DNA from: Dehalococcoidia bacterium
Lineage (GTDB): Bacteria; Chloroflexota; Dehalococcoidia; Lucifugimonadales; UBA1123
NCBI GenBank assembly: GCA_034420555.1
Contig: DAOULF010000060.1
Span: 58-64,057, forward strand
Reading direction: 5' to 3'
DNA: 64,000 bases
The first letter of the stretch is position 1, and the number at the start of each line of letters is the position of its first letter. Under the pieces are notes generated by a model. It saw nothing but the letters and a program-made list of their open reading frames with translations. It did no database searches and was not told the DNA's origin. Below, piece by piece: positions 34,128 through 43,406 of the stretch. A program made the position numbers and the translations under genes.

Positions 34128-34154
34128 GTGGATTCCCGCTTTCGCGGGAATGAC
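34128..34154 (+). repeat. REP-like hairpin (GGATTCCCGC-tttc-GCGGGAATGAC type)
   Basis: gtggattcccgctttcgcgggaatgac lies 29 nt after the lipoprotein stop. Confidence 0.65.
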
Positions 34155-34190
34155 GATACATAGACCGTCACCGAACTTCATGCCTCGGTC

Positions 34191-34226
34191 AGAGTGAAAT
34201 GGTATAATAGAGTGAAATGGTATAAT
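34191..34226 (+). repeat. Perfect 18-bp tandem duplication, each unit carrying an extended -10 box (TGGTATAAT)
   Basis: agagtgaaatggtataat occurs twice (34191-34208 and 34209-34226), about 125-160 nt upstream of ATG 34351. Confidence 0.6.
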
Positions 34227-34350
34227 AATGATACCCGTTAGAAAACAGGAATCCATATACTTGGATTGTAGCCTGATTAGTTGCGATTTCGCTTGCTTCA
34301 AGCATTCAATATTCAGTGTAAATTAGTGACGAATATAATGGAGGTGGAAT

Positions 34351-34821
34351 ATGTACAAAGCCATACTGCTTTCTCTCAACGCTACTCTAATCAGTAACTG
34401 GCGCGCCAGCAATCGGAATATGTCACGGATTGAGAATTGGATTCGGGATAGCGAGGGGTATAATTCATGGGTAATAGATTGGTTGGGCAATGTTGACAGC
34501 CAAGTATATATATTTACTTCTCGAAGCGCAGAGTACAAAGAGGAGACAATTGAAGCCATCTCTCTGAGGTTATCCTGGAATCCGGATGGAGCGTATTTCA
34601 ACGACACGGGCTACGAGAGTAGTGATGTGCCTCGTGTGAAGTCGGCTTTGCTGGACCGTCTTTTGGGTGAGACCGGTCTGAAATCCAAGGAAATCTACAT
34701 ATTTGAGTCCAATCAGGACGCTTGTCGCGTGTGGAAAAGGAGAAACGTCCCTCACAAAATGGTGACCAAGCGTAGCGACCTGCCACATGATATGGGACCG
34801 TTCACAAAGGCCGGTGCGTAA
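34351..34821 (+). CDS. Hypothetical protein, HAD-like layout with degenerate first motif
   Basis: 156 aa with about 45% GC in the one 60-nt line counted by hand. The order of motifs resembles small HAD phosphatases (LLSLNATL instead of DxDxT; IFTSRS; ...K...; FESNQDA), but the nucleophile Asp is absent. The assignment is weak. Confidence 0.45.
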   Translation: MYKAILLSLNATLISNWRASNRNMSRIENWIRDSEGYNSWVIDWLGNVDSQVYIFTSRSAEYKEETIEAISLRLSWNPDGAYFNDTGYESSDVPRVKSALLDRLLGETGLKSKEIYIFESNQDACRVWKRRNVPHKMVTKRSDLPHDMGPFTKAGA

Positions 34822-34950
34822 CCTCAAGGGTGGGGCATATTCTCATCGAGAAGTAGTCTCATAGGCGACGCTCTCTAGGACCACGCTTGCCATCTGGAGG
34901 GTTTTGAGTACGTGTTCGCGCTCGGCGGTGGGGGAAGTTAGGAATTGGGG

Positions 34951-35292
34951 TCAGTGGCCTCCCACGCTCACCTTTTCTTGAAGCGCGCGCTTGACCCAGC
35001 TATTGACGCTCATGCCTTCTTCGGTCGCCGAGATGGTTACGCGATGGTGAAGTTCCGGGCCTATGTCAAGATTCAGATTGCCTGAGAACGGCTTTCTGGG
35101 TTCGACTCCGTCCTCGGCGCAGGACGCGAGATATTCGTCTATGGATACGCGAAACTCTTTTCTCAGTGTTTTGACGTCCTCGGCCTCGCAGTTGGCTATC
35201 GGATACGGACCGCTGTTGACGACGCTGGCGTGTAGGAGGTCAACGGAATCGTCATACTCGACTTTGGCTATATATCCTTTGTACTCTAGCAC
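34951..35292 (-). CDS. hicB: HicB-family antitoxin
   Basis: 113 aa. YKGYIAKVEYDDSVDLLHASVVN...FSGNLNLDIGPELHHRVTISATEEGMSVNSWVKRALQE shows the HicB N-domain plus an RHH/CopG-like tail. It overlaps the hicA stop by 7 nt. Confidence 0.85.
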   Translation of the reverse strand: MLEYKGYIAKVEYDDSVDLLHASVVNSGPYPIANCEAEDVKTLRKEFRVSIDEYLASCAEDGVEPRKPFSGNLNLDIGPELHHRVTISATEEGMSVNSWVKRALQEKVSVGGH

Positions 35293-35543
35293 GGCCTTTC
35301 TCCAATCTGTTCCAAGAAGCGGGCGATGTCTCTGACGGATACCCGTGAGACTTCCGGCCCTGGATGAGGGCGGTGGACCACTATCCGTTCAGGTCCCCGT
35401 CTAAGCAGGACCCTCGATCCGGATCGCTCAATTACATCAATATTCATCGCTTTCAGCATCGCCTCAATTTCCGACCATCTGAGTCCAGCAGGCGTTGGTC
35501 TAGCGAAGACTCTGTTTAGAGTCCTACGATGTCGTGAGTTCAT
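35286..35543 (-). CDS. hicA: HicA-family mRNA interferase toxin
   Basis: 85 aa. The sequence is HRRTLNRVFARPTPAGLRWSEIEAMLKAMNIDVIERSGSRVLLRRGPERIVVHRPHPGPEVSRVSVRDIARFL. Confidence 0.85.
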   Translation of the reverse strand: MNSRHRRTLNRVFARPTPAGLRWSEIEAMLKAMNIDVIERSGSRVLLRRGPERIVVHRPHPGPEVSRVSVRDIARFLEQIGERPC

Positions 35544-35595
35544 GCAATGATGATAGCGTTTGTAGTTGTACCCCGCAATCCAGGCGTGTCTATAA

Positions 35596-36234
35596 CTAAA
35601 GGTTCTGTGCCAGGAACTCGGCCACTACGCGGGCTATCTCTGACTCGTGGCCGCGCATGGAGTGGTCGGCGCCTACTAGCTCGTGGAAGCGGACTGGGCC
35701 GCGGCATTCGTCGAGGATGGTCTGGATCTGGAGGGATGGGGCAACGCGGTCTTCGGAACCGGCTATGACCAGGCGGGGACGCTTGTCTTTGATGAATCGG
35801 CGGTTGCGGAGGGCGGCGAGTGTGGGCGCGATGAGGATAATCGCTGAGGCGCGCTTGATGTGTCTTATGCCGTCCAGCAGGATTGACGCGCCCGCCGAGT
35901 AGCCGACGACGCCGATGCGCTTGCGGTCCACGCCGGGCCACCGTGATAGGACGTTCAGCGCGGACTTGACGTCGTTGTGTTCGTCCTTGCCGTTTGAGAA
36001 CTCTCCCTCGCTCTCGCCGACGCCCCTGAAGTTGAACCTGAGCGTGGCGAAGCCTTCATCGGATGCGGCGCGGCAGACCGAGGTCACTATCGGCGAGTTC
36101 ATGTCGCCGCCGAGTATGGGATGAGGATGGCAGACGGCGACTGCTGGCAGGTATGGTCCTGCTTCCGCTGGCGTCGAAAGAATCCCCTCCAGCTTGAGCC
36201 TCTTGCTCCTGAAGTCTATGGCGGACTGTCGCAT
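35596..36234 (-). CDS. Alpha/beta hydrolase (small dienelactone-hydrolase-like type)
   Basis: 212 aa. It has VCHPHPILGGDMNSPIV, FNFRGVGESEG and the nucleophile elbow VVGYSAGA. Confidence 0.75.
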   Translation of the reverse strand: MRQSAIDFRSKRLKLEGILSTPAEAGPYLPAVAVCHPHPILGGDMNSPIVTSVCRAASDEGFATLRFNFRGVGESEGEFSNGKDEHNDVKSALNVLSRWPGVDRKRIGVVGYSAGASILLDGIRHIKRASAIILIAPTLAALRNRRFIKDKRPRLVIAGSEDRVAPSLQIQTILDECRGPVRFHELVGADHSMRGHESEIARVVAEFLAQNL

Positions 36235-36362
36235 GGCGGTTGCCTGAACTGTGCTTTGTGTGATTCGGGGATTTATATAATTGGATGATGGCCGCGTGAA
36301 TGAGTTGTATGGTGTGGGTTTATCTCTGATTCGCGTTTTGGTTTGGTTTATTTACGGTGTGT

Positions 36363-37046
36363 TCAGCGTTTCAGCCAGGTCGTGAAGAACTCGGACGTCA
36401 TTTCGGAGAGGGCCGGTTCGTGGCCGCGGAAGAAGTGGTCGGCGCCGCTTATGACTTCGGATTGTCGTGGGTCGGCGAATCGCCGGCAGAGGAAGCGGAA
36501 CTGGTCAACCGGAAAGTTGTGGTCGTGGTCGCCCAGGACGAACAGCTTGGGCTGGAGCAGTTCCATTCCGCTGAATGCCCTGAACTGGGGAGCGGGGCAG
36601 GCTATCGCGGCGACCGCGTGCGCCGTCGTGGAGTCCGTTGCGGACTGTATCGCCACCGCCGCGCCGAAGCTGTATCCGGCGATGCCGATCCTGCTTCCGT
36701 CCACCTCGTCCCGCAGTGAGAGAGTTTCGAGCGCCGCGTCAGCGTCGTCGGTTTCGCCGCCTCCCCAGTCGAACGCGCCCTCACTGCCGCCTACGCCGCG
36801 AAAGTTGAATCGCAATACCGCGAAGCCGTCCTTTGTCAGCCGCTCGGTCAGTCCCAGCACGACGTTGTTGTGCATGTCGCCGCCGTATCGAGGGTGTGGG
36901 TGGCAGATGACGATGCCGGGCGCTTTGTCAGCCGCGTCTCCTGGCAGGCGCAGCATTCCCTCTATGCTGAGCCCGCCGCTGTCTATGGTGATTGGTATCT
37001 GGCGGGATTCCATGCGCGTCCAACCTTGTCGTGAAAGCGAAATCAT
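36363..37046 (-). CDS. Alpha/beta hydrolase, tandem paralog of 35596-36234
   Basis: 227 aa. It has ICHPHPRYGGDMHNNVV, FNFRGVGGSEG and IAGYSFGA, the same architecture as its neighbour. Confidence 0.75.
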   Translation of the reverse strand: MISLSRQGWTRMESRQIPITIDSGGLSIEGMLRLPGDAADKAPGIVICHPHPRYGGDMHNNVVLGLTERLTKDGFAVLRFNFRGVGGSEGAFDWGGGETDDADAALETLSLRDEVDGSRIGIAGYSFGAAVAIQSATDSTTAHAVAAIACPAPQFRAFSGMELLQPKLFVLGDHDHNFPVDQFRFLCRRFADPRQSEVISGADHFFRGHEPALSEMTSEFFTTWLKR

Positions 37047-37088
37047 ATTGGCGGCGCGGCCCTGCTCTTGAAAGCGCGCCGTATCAGT

Positions 37089-37880
37089 TTACTCGGACGA
37101 CCGCTCTCCCCGGAGGCGTCGGAGTTCGGCTTCGAGTTGGGCAATGCGGTCTTCGGCGGATTCGCGCGTGGCGCGCTCGGCTTCTACCTTAGCTTCCGCA
37201 GCGTTCGCTCGGGCCATGACTTCCTGGTAGTTCTCCAGCCACACGCCCGCTACCGGGTCGTAGAAGTGCAGGCGGTCCTCTTCCCAGCGCAGGTCGAGGT
37301 TCAGCAGAGGACTGTGGACGCGGGGATACCCGTCGGGGTCGGGCATCATCTCGAAGCGTCGGTACTCGCCGTCCAGGAGGTACTCTCCCACAAGCGGCTC
37401 GCCGTAGTGATCGCCGCCCGTAGGGTCATAGCGCCAGTATTCGAGAGCTCCCAGTTCCGCGTACAGGGCGCGCTTGGGGCCGAGATCGTTGTTCGCCGTG
37501 CTGGACGAGCCGACTTCCATAACGAAGTCGGGGAACTTTCCGATTTCCCATACCAGATAGACGTTGTTGCGCTCGAGGGACTCCTTGCTGATTCCGAAGG
37601 CGATGTACAGATCCGGGGCCACCCTGCGGTTTGGGTCGCCCTCGATGAAGTAGATGAATGTATCGCTGTCCACTTCTACGGTCGGGTCGTTCAGGAAGAA
37701 CCCCGCGAGTACGATGGCTATCTCTTTCAGGAAACTTCCCTGTTCTCGTGAATCGGGCAAGGGCATACCATCCGTTTCGGGATAGAAAATTTCGGTCTTG
37801 CGCGCGGTCGCGCTCGCGGATTTTATGACCATGGCGTTCTCTCCTGCGTCCATTCTAGTGGGAAAGCGGGGGAGAGGCAA
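37089..37880 (-). CDS. Uma2-family (DUF820) restriction-endonuclease-fold protein with C-terminal coiled coil
   Basis: YPETDGMPLPDS...VAPDLYIAFG...PDFVMEVGSSST...YAELGALEYWRYDP is the Uma2 signature. The tail is AEAKVEAERATRESAEDRIAQLEAELRRLRGE. The start may be ATG 37832. Confidence 0.75.
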   Translation of the reverse strand: MPLPRFPTRMDAGENAMVIKSASATARKTEIFYPETDGMPLPDSREQGSFLKEIAIVLAGFFLNDPTVEVDSDTFIYFIEGDPNRRVAPDLYIAFGISKESLERNNVYLVWEIGKFPDFVMEVGSSSTANNDLGPKRALYAELGALEYWRYDPTGGDHYGEPLVGEYLLDGEYRRFEMMPDPDGYPRVHSPLLNLDLRWEEDRLHFYDPVAGVWLENYQEVMARANAAEAKVEAERATRESAEDRIAQLEAELRRLRGERSSE

Positions 37881-38017
37881 TTGAGAATCGCGGGCGGATT
37901 TGCCTGGAAAAACTGATTCATCGGCGCGCTATGGCGTTTGACAAGTTCGGTTGGTAGAATTGTGCGAGCCGCGATACTGAGAACACGCGCCCGTGAAGCG
38001 CGAGGAAGGCATGACGA

Positions 38018-39052
38018 ATGAGAGTAGTTGACCTGCGAAGCGACACCGTTACACATCCTTCTCCGGAGATGAGACAGGCTATGTACGAAGCCGAACTCGG
38101 AGATGATGTCTATGGCGAGGACCCGACGCTCAACGCTCTGGAGGCGAAGGCGGCGGAGCGCCTGGGCAAGGAGGCCGCGGTGTTCGTGGCGAGCGGCACG
38201 ATGGGAAACCTGGTTTCGGTGCTGTCGCACGCGCAGAGGGGCGACGAGATCATCCTGGGCAACAAGGCGCACATCTTCAGAAGCGAGGCGGGCGGCGCGT
38301 CCGCGCTGGGCGGCGTATCGTTCCACACGATACCCAACGACGAGCGCGGGATGCTGGACACGGACGACATACAGGCGGCGGTGCGCCCGAACGACCCGCA
38401 CATGCCGCGCACCGCGCTGGTCTGCCTTGAGAATACGCAGAATATGTGCGGCGGCGCGACGCTGACACAGGACGACATGAAGAGCGTGGCGGACGTGGCC
38501 CACGCCAACGGGATTCCGGTCCACGTTGACGGCGCGCGCATATTCAACGCGGCGGTCGCGCTGGAGGCCCCGGTGTCCGAACTTGTGAGGGACGTGGACT
38601 CGGTGACATTCTGCCTGTCGAAGGGGCTTAGCTGTCCGATAGGTTCGATAATCGTTGGCTCAGAGGACTACATCCTGGAGGCGCGACGCTGGCGCAAGAT
38701 GGTCGGCGGCAGCATGAGGCAGGTGGGAGTCATCGCGGCGGCGGGCCTGGTCGCGCTCGACAATATGGTCGAGAGGCTGGCGGAGGACCACGCCAACGCC
38801 CGCAAACTCGCCCACGGCCTCGCGGAGATACCCGGCATAAGCATCGAGCCGGACACGCTGCCGACCAACCTGGTGTTCTTCGACGTGGAGCGCGAGGACA
38901 GGGACGAGCTGCACCGCCAGCTCGTGGAGCGCGGCGTGAAGGGCGGCGGCGGACAGAAGCGCTGGAGATACGTAACCCACTACGGCATAACCGAATCGGA
39001 CATTGACTACACCCTAGAGACAGTTCGGGACGTCTTCTCCAACGGCGGCTAG
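38018..39052 (+). CDS. ltaE: Low-specificity L-threonine aldolase
   Basis: 344 aa. Motifs are VDLRSDTVTHPSPEMRQAMYEAELGDDVYGEDPT and CLSKGLSCPIGS (PLP-Lys region). Confidence 0.85.
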   Translation: MRVVDLRSDTVTHPSPEMRQAMYEAELGDDVYGEDPTLNALEAKAAERLGKEAAVFVASGTMGNLVSVLSHAQRGDEIILGNKAHIFRSEAGGASALGGVSFHTIPNDERGMLDTDDIQAAVRPNDPHMPRTALVCLENTQNMCGGATLTQDDMKSVADVAHANGIPVHVDGARIFNAAVALEAPVSELVRDVDSVTFCLSKGLSCPIGSIIVGSEDYILEARRWRKMVGGSMRQVGVIAAAGLVALDNMVERLAEDHANARKLAHGLAEIPGISIEPDTLPTNLVFFDVEREDRDELHRQLVERGVKGGGGQKRWRYVTHYGITESDIDYTLETVRDVFSNGG

Positions 39053-39150
39053 AAGCCGAACCAAAGTCCATAGACCTTTGAGGGCGGGTTCGCCGAAAGG
39101 CGGGCCCGCTCTTTCATTAGCTGAGAAACACACTGCGCGCGAGGCCGACG

Positions 39151-40404
39151 GTGCTCCTACTTCTGAGGCACTCACAGTTCAGGACTTTCTGGATAGCGGG
39201 AGCGTTTGGCGACGTGAGCCTGCTGGCGTACTTTGCCGTCCAGGGCTGGCTGGTGCTGCAAATCACCGACTCGCCGCTGTGGGTGGGAATATCCTCGTTC
39301 TGCGGCGGGCTGACGATGGTCCTCTTCTCTCCCATCGGCGGCGTGATCATAGACCGCGTGGCGAAGGTAAGGGCGGTGCAGATTGGAGGGCTGTTCAGAG
39401 GGATAGGGGCGGCCATTATAGCCGTGCTCATCTTCACCGAGTCTATCCAACTCTGGCACGCGCTCGTCTTCGCGATAGCGTCCGGCGTTACTGCGTCCGT
39501 GCGAATCCCCGGGCTGATGGCGCTGAGCCTGGATATCGTGGGCCGCAAGAGGCTCGTGAGCGCCACCGCCGCGAGGATGGCGTCCATGATGGTCATGGGC
39601 GTGGTCGTGCCTCTGTCGGTCAGCAGGGTGGTTGACAGCGCCGGGATGGGCTGGGCGTACACGATCATGGCGGCGGGCGACCTCACATCGGTCGGCCTGC
39701 TTTGGCTGGTGAATCCGCCCGCCCGCAAGCGAGCTGAGAAGTCCTCTCCGCTCGAAGACCTCAAGTCGGGAGCGGTATTTTCCATAAAGTCCCCGCTGGT
39801 CAGGACTTTGCTCGGCGCGATATTGATCAATGAACTGTTCGGATGGGCGCATGAACCTATGCTGCCCGTGATGGCGAGAGACGTTCTGGGCATGGGCGTG
39901 ACCGGGTTGGGCAACCTTCTGGCGGCCGGAAGCCTCGGCGCCACGATCACAAGCATCGCCCTCTCGAATTTCGAAAACCCCAGGAAGAAGGGAGTTCTGA
40001 TGGTGGTCGGGGTGTTCGGCTACGGCTTCTTCCTGTTGATGTTTTCGCTGTCGCGCTCGGTTCCTCTGTCGCTTGCCATGCTTGGGATGGCCTACGGAAT
40101 CGCCATAGTTTACGAGACGGTGGTCAACACCATGCTCCAGACCGGAGTGCCTTACCATATGCGCGGGCGGGTGCTGAGCTTCCAGGGAATGCTGTGGGGG
40201 GTGACGGGCATGACCGGATTCCATACCGGCGCGATTTCCACGTTCTTCGGCGCGCCATTGGCAATCGGAGTAGGGGCGGTCATAGTGATGCTGAACGCGG
40301 TCAGGCTGATTCCGAGGGCGTCGGGCGTCGAGCGGGAGGCGGACCTCGGTTCTGACGAACTAGGTGAGGAAGCGCAGAGCCCGTCGGCGGTCGCAGATAA
40401 GTAG
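39151..40404 (+). CDS. MFS transporter
   Basis: 417 aa with about 12 TM segments and the loop motif GGVIIDRVAKVR. Confidence 0.75.
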   Translation: MLLLLRHSQFRTFWIAGAFGDVSLLAYFAVQGWLVLQITDSPLWVGISSFCGGLTMVLFSPIGGVIIDRVAKVRAVQIGGLFRGIGAAIIAVLIFTESIQLWHALVFAIASGVTASVRIPGLMALSLDIVGRKRLVSATAARMASMMVMGVVVPLSVSRVVDSAGMGWAYTIMAAGDLTSVGLLWLVNPPARKRAEKSSPLEDLKSGAVFSIKSPLVRTLLGAILINELFGWAHEPMLPVMARDVLGMGVTGLGNLLAAGSLGATITSIALSNFENPRKKGVLMVVGVFGYGFFLLMFSLSRSVPLSLAMLGMAYGIAIVYETVVNTMLQTGVPYHMRGRVLSFQGMLWGVTGMTGFHTGAISTFFGAPLAIGVGAVIVMLNAVRLIPRASGVEREADLGSDELGEEAQSPSAVADK

Positions 40405-40445
40405 CTGACAGGGATGGGCATTGAAAATGACCGCGCTTGGGGTCG

Positions 40446-40489
40446 GGTTTCACCCCCATCCTAGCCTTCCCCCGTCAAGGAGGAAGGGA
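40446..40489 (+). repeat. REP-like hairpin element (short form)
   Basis: gggtttcacccccatcctagccttcccccgtcaaggaggaagggac lies between convergent genes. Confidence 0.7.
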
Positions 40490-40495
40490 CTCTTG

Positions 40496-41824
40496 TCAGT
40501 CCTCGCGCTCGCCCCACCAGCGCTTCAGCCTATCCGAGACCTCGGCCTCGTAGCCATACTCTGACGGCTGGTAGTACCTCTTGCCTCTGAGATTCTCGGG
40601 CAGGTTCTGCGTGGGGGTGAAACCGCCTTCGTAGTCGTGCGTGTACTTGTAGCCCTTGCCGTAGTCCTCGTCTCGCATCAGGCCGGTGACCGCGTTGCGC
40701 AGGTGCAGCGGGACGGGTTCGTTCATGCTGCGCTCGGCGTCTCGCATCGCCTCGTTTATCGCCATGTACGCCCTGTTGCTCTTGGGCGCGGACGCGAGAT
40801 AGACCGTCGCCTCGGACAGCGGTATCCTGCCCTCCGGCATCCCGACCAGGTGGACCGCCTGCTGAGCGGACACGGCGACGGTGAGCGCGTTGGGGTCGGC
40901 GAGTCCCACGTCCTCGGCGGCGAGTATCACCAGGCGTCTCGCTATGAACATCAGGTCCTCTCCGGAGTGGAGCATCCTCGCCAGCCAGTAAACGGCGGCG
41001 TCGGGGTCGGAAGACCTTACCGACTTGATGAAGGCGGAGATAGTGTCGTAATGCTGGTCGCCGGACTTGTCGTAAAGCGTAGCTCGTCGCTGTATGGCGT
41101 CCTCGACAGTCTCCAGGGAGACGCGCCTGGCGCCGTCCGGTTCCGGCGGCGTTCCGTTGGCCGCCAGTTCGAGCGTATTCAGCGCTGAACGGGCGTCGCC
41201 GTTGCTCAGCGCGATAAGCGCCTCTCTCGCGTCCTCGTCCAGCGCGGGTTTCAGGCTGGCGAGTCCGCGCCGGTTGTCGGCCATGGCGGAGTCCAGTATC
41301 GCCGAAATCTGCTCTGCCGTGAGCTGGCGCAGCGTATAGACCCGGGCGCGGGACAGCAGGGGAGATATGACCTCGAAGGACGGATTTTCTGTGGTCGCGC
41401 CGATGAGAATTATAGTCCCACGCTCGACGTGCGGCAGGATCACGTCCTGCTGCGCCTTGTTGAACCTGTGAATCTCGTCAACGAACAGGATGGTCCGCTC
41501 GCCGTGCATTCCGAGCCTGTCCGCGGCGTCGGACACCACGCGACGCAGGTCCGCCACGCCGGAGGTGACCGCGCTCACCCTCTCGAAATGGGCGCTGGCC
41601 GAGTTGGCGATTATCTGTGCGAGCGTCGTCTTGCCCGTGCCTGGCGGTCCCCACAGCACCATCGAGGGGATGTGTCCGGCGTCGAGCGATCTTCTGAGAA
41701 CGGTGTCCGGGCCCAGGATATGTTCCTGACCAACGAACTCATCGAGTATGCGCGGGCGCATACGCTCGGCGAGCGGCGCAAGGCGGTCGAGGTCGCGTGC
41801 CATTCTGTGCTCGAACAGGGTCAT
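40496..41824 (-). CDS. rarA: Replication-associated recombination protein A (MgsA/RarA AAA+ ATPase)
   Basis: 442 aa. It has MVLWGPPGTGKTTLA, ILFVDEIHRFNK and the MgsA C-terminal domain (YLARMLHSGEDLMFIARRLVILAAEDVGLADP). Confidence 0.9.
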   Translation of the reverse strand: MTLFEHRMARDLDRLAPLAERMRPRILDEFVGQEHILGPDTVLRRSLDAGHIPSMVLWGPPGTGKTTLAQIIANSASAHFERVSAVTSGVADLRRVVSDAADRLGMHGERTILFVDEIHRFNKAQQDVILPHVERGTIILIGATTENPSFEVISPLLSRARVYTLRQLTAEQISAILDSAMADNRRGLASLKPALDEDAREALIALSNGDARSALNTLELAANGTPPEPDGARRVSLETVEDAIQRRATLYDKSGDQHYDTISAFIKSVRSSDPDAAVYWLARMLHSGEDLMFIARRLVILAAEDVGLADPNALTVAVSAQQAVHLVGMPEGRIPLSEATVYLASAPKSNRAYMAINEAMRDAERSMNEPVPLHLRNAVTGLMRDEDYGKGYKYTHDYEGGFTPTQNLPENLRGKRYYQPSEYGYEAEVSDRLKRWWGERED

Positions 41825-41835
41825 GGGGAGGACAA

Positions 41836-43209
41836 TTATGAATTAAGAATCAGGGATTGGAGGGCGGACGATACCGCCGCGTCCTGGGCGGGTAGAACGG
41901 TTCTGGTGTCCAGGAGGACGTGATCGTCTTCTATTCTGCCGATGATAGGTTGGTCATTCCGGCGCAGGCGCGTGAGAACGCTTTCCGCGCTCTGTCCCGT
42001 TAATCCACAGTCAACTTGAAGGGCGACCGACTCTATCGTCTCTCCTGGCAGGCTGCCCCCGCCAATCGCGGCGCGTGATCCGACTATCTCAGCGCAGTCT
42101 CCAGCGCTTTCTTTCCAGGCCGCCGCCCGCGCTCTCAGTTCGTCCAGGGGCGCGGAGATCATCCTCCATATCGGGACCTTCTCGGTCGGGTCGTCGCGTA
42201 TGTAGTGGAGCATCGTGGCCGATAGAGACGCCATGCTCATCTTGTCTATCCTGACTGCCCTCGCAAGCGGGTGCGCCGATACGATGTCAACATACTCGCG
42301 TTTGCCCACGATGATGCCCGCCTGCGGTCCACCCAGCAGCTTGTCGCCCGAGAAGAAGCCGAGCGCGACACCGGCGCGGACGCTCTCCTGCGGGCGCGGC
42401 TCCCAGGCCAGTCCGTAGGGGCGGGTGTCGAGCAGGCAGCCGCTGCCCAAGTCGTGCAGAACCGGGACGCCGTTCCTGTCGCCCACCTCCACCAGTTCGT
42501 CGGTCGTTGGCGCGTGGGTGAAGCCCATTACGCGGAAGTTGGAGGCGTGAACGGACAGGATCGCGCCGGTGTTCTTGTTGATCGCGGCCTCAAAGTCGCG
42601 CGCGTAGGTGCGGTTGGTCGTGCCGACCTCGACGAGGGTCGCGCCGCTCTGCCGTAGCACGTCGGGTATGCGGAAGCCGCCGCCTATCTCCACAGCCTCG
42701 CCGCGTGAGACTATGACCTCCTTGCCTGCCGCTATCGCGGCCAGTCCGAGCATGACCGCCGAGGCGTTGTTGTTGACCACAAGCGCGGCCTCCGCGCCCG
42801 TCGCCTGGCATACCAGTCGGGATATGTGCGCCTGCCGGGATCCGCGCCTGCCGGACTCCAGGTCGAACTCCAGGTCGCTGTAGCCGGACGCGGCGACCGA
42901 GGCCGCCGCGATGCTTTCGTCGCTGAGAGGGGCGCGACCGAGGTTGGTGTGGAGTATGACGCCCGTCGCGTTGATGACGGTCTCAGGCCAGCTTCTCCAC
43001 TGCGATGCGGCGCGCTCCGAGACGGATTCTGCCACGGTCTCCACTTGAGGAGGATCATCGCCCGCCGCGACGTTAAGCCTGGCAGTGGCGAGTTCCTCCC
43101 TGACTATCTCCACTATTGACTCGTGGGAGTATTTGCCCACCAGATCGGTTACTTCCCGGCACCTCAGCACTTCGTTCACCGATGGAATATCTCTGAATCT
43201 GGATGTCAT
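41836..43209 (-). CDS. selA: L-seryl-tRNA(Sec) selenium transferase
   Basis: 457 aa. Motifs are IPSVNEVL, VINATGVILHTNLGRAPL and FSGDKLLGGPQAGIIVG (PLP-Lys motif, closely matching E. coli SelA). Confidence 0.9.
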   Translation of the reverse strand: MTSRFRDIPSVNEVLRCREVTDLVGKYSHESIVEIVREELATARLNVAAGDDPPQVETVAESVSERAASQWRSWPETVINATGVILHTNLGRAPLSDESIAAASVAASGYSDLEFDLESGRRGSRQAHISRLVCQATGAEAALVVNNNASAVMLGLAAIAAGKEVIVSRGEAVEIGGGFRIPDVLRQSGATLVEVGTTNRTYARDFEAAINKNTGAILSVHASNFRVMGFTHAPTTDELVEVGDRNGVPVLHDLGSGCLLDTRPYGLAWEPRPQESVRAGVALGFFSGDKLLGGPQAGIIVGKREYVDIVSAHPLARAVRIDKMSMASLSATMLHYIRDDPTEKVPIWRMISAPLDELRARAAAWKESAGDCAEIVGSRAAIGGGSLPGETIESVALQVDCGLTGQSAESVLTRLRRNDQPIIGRIEDDHVLLDTRTVLPAQDAAVSSALQSLILNS

Positions 43210-43406
43210 TTCCGCCTGTTCCGTTCCATATCGCGATTACTGTGGTCATTATATACGGCGCATGTCGGCTTCGTCTCAGTTAAATCGCCTGGGCAGAGCG
43301 GTGATGAGAGACAACCACCGAGGAATCGTAACTTCAAGTTGCCATGTTGACCCTGTTTCAGCCGCTTTAGTAGAATGTGAAGACTTTCTCAAACGCTAGG
43401 TTTTTA

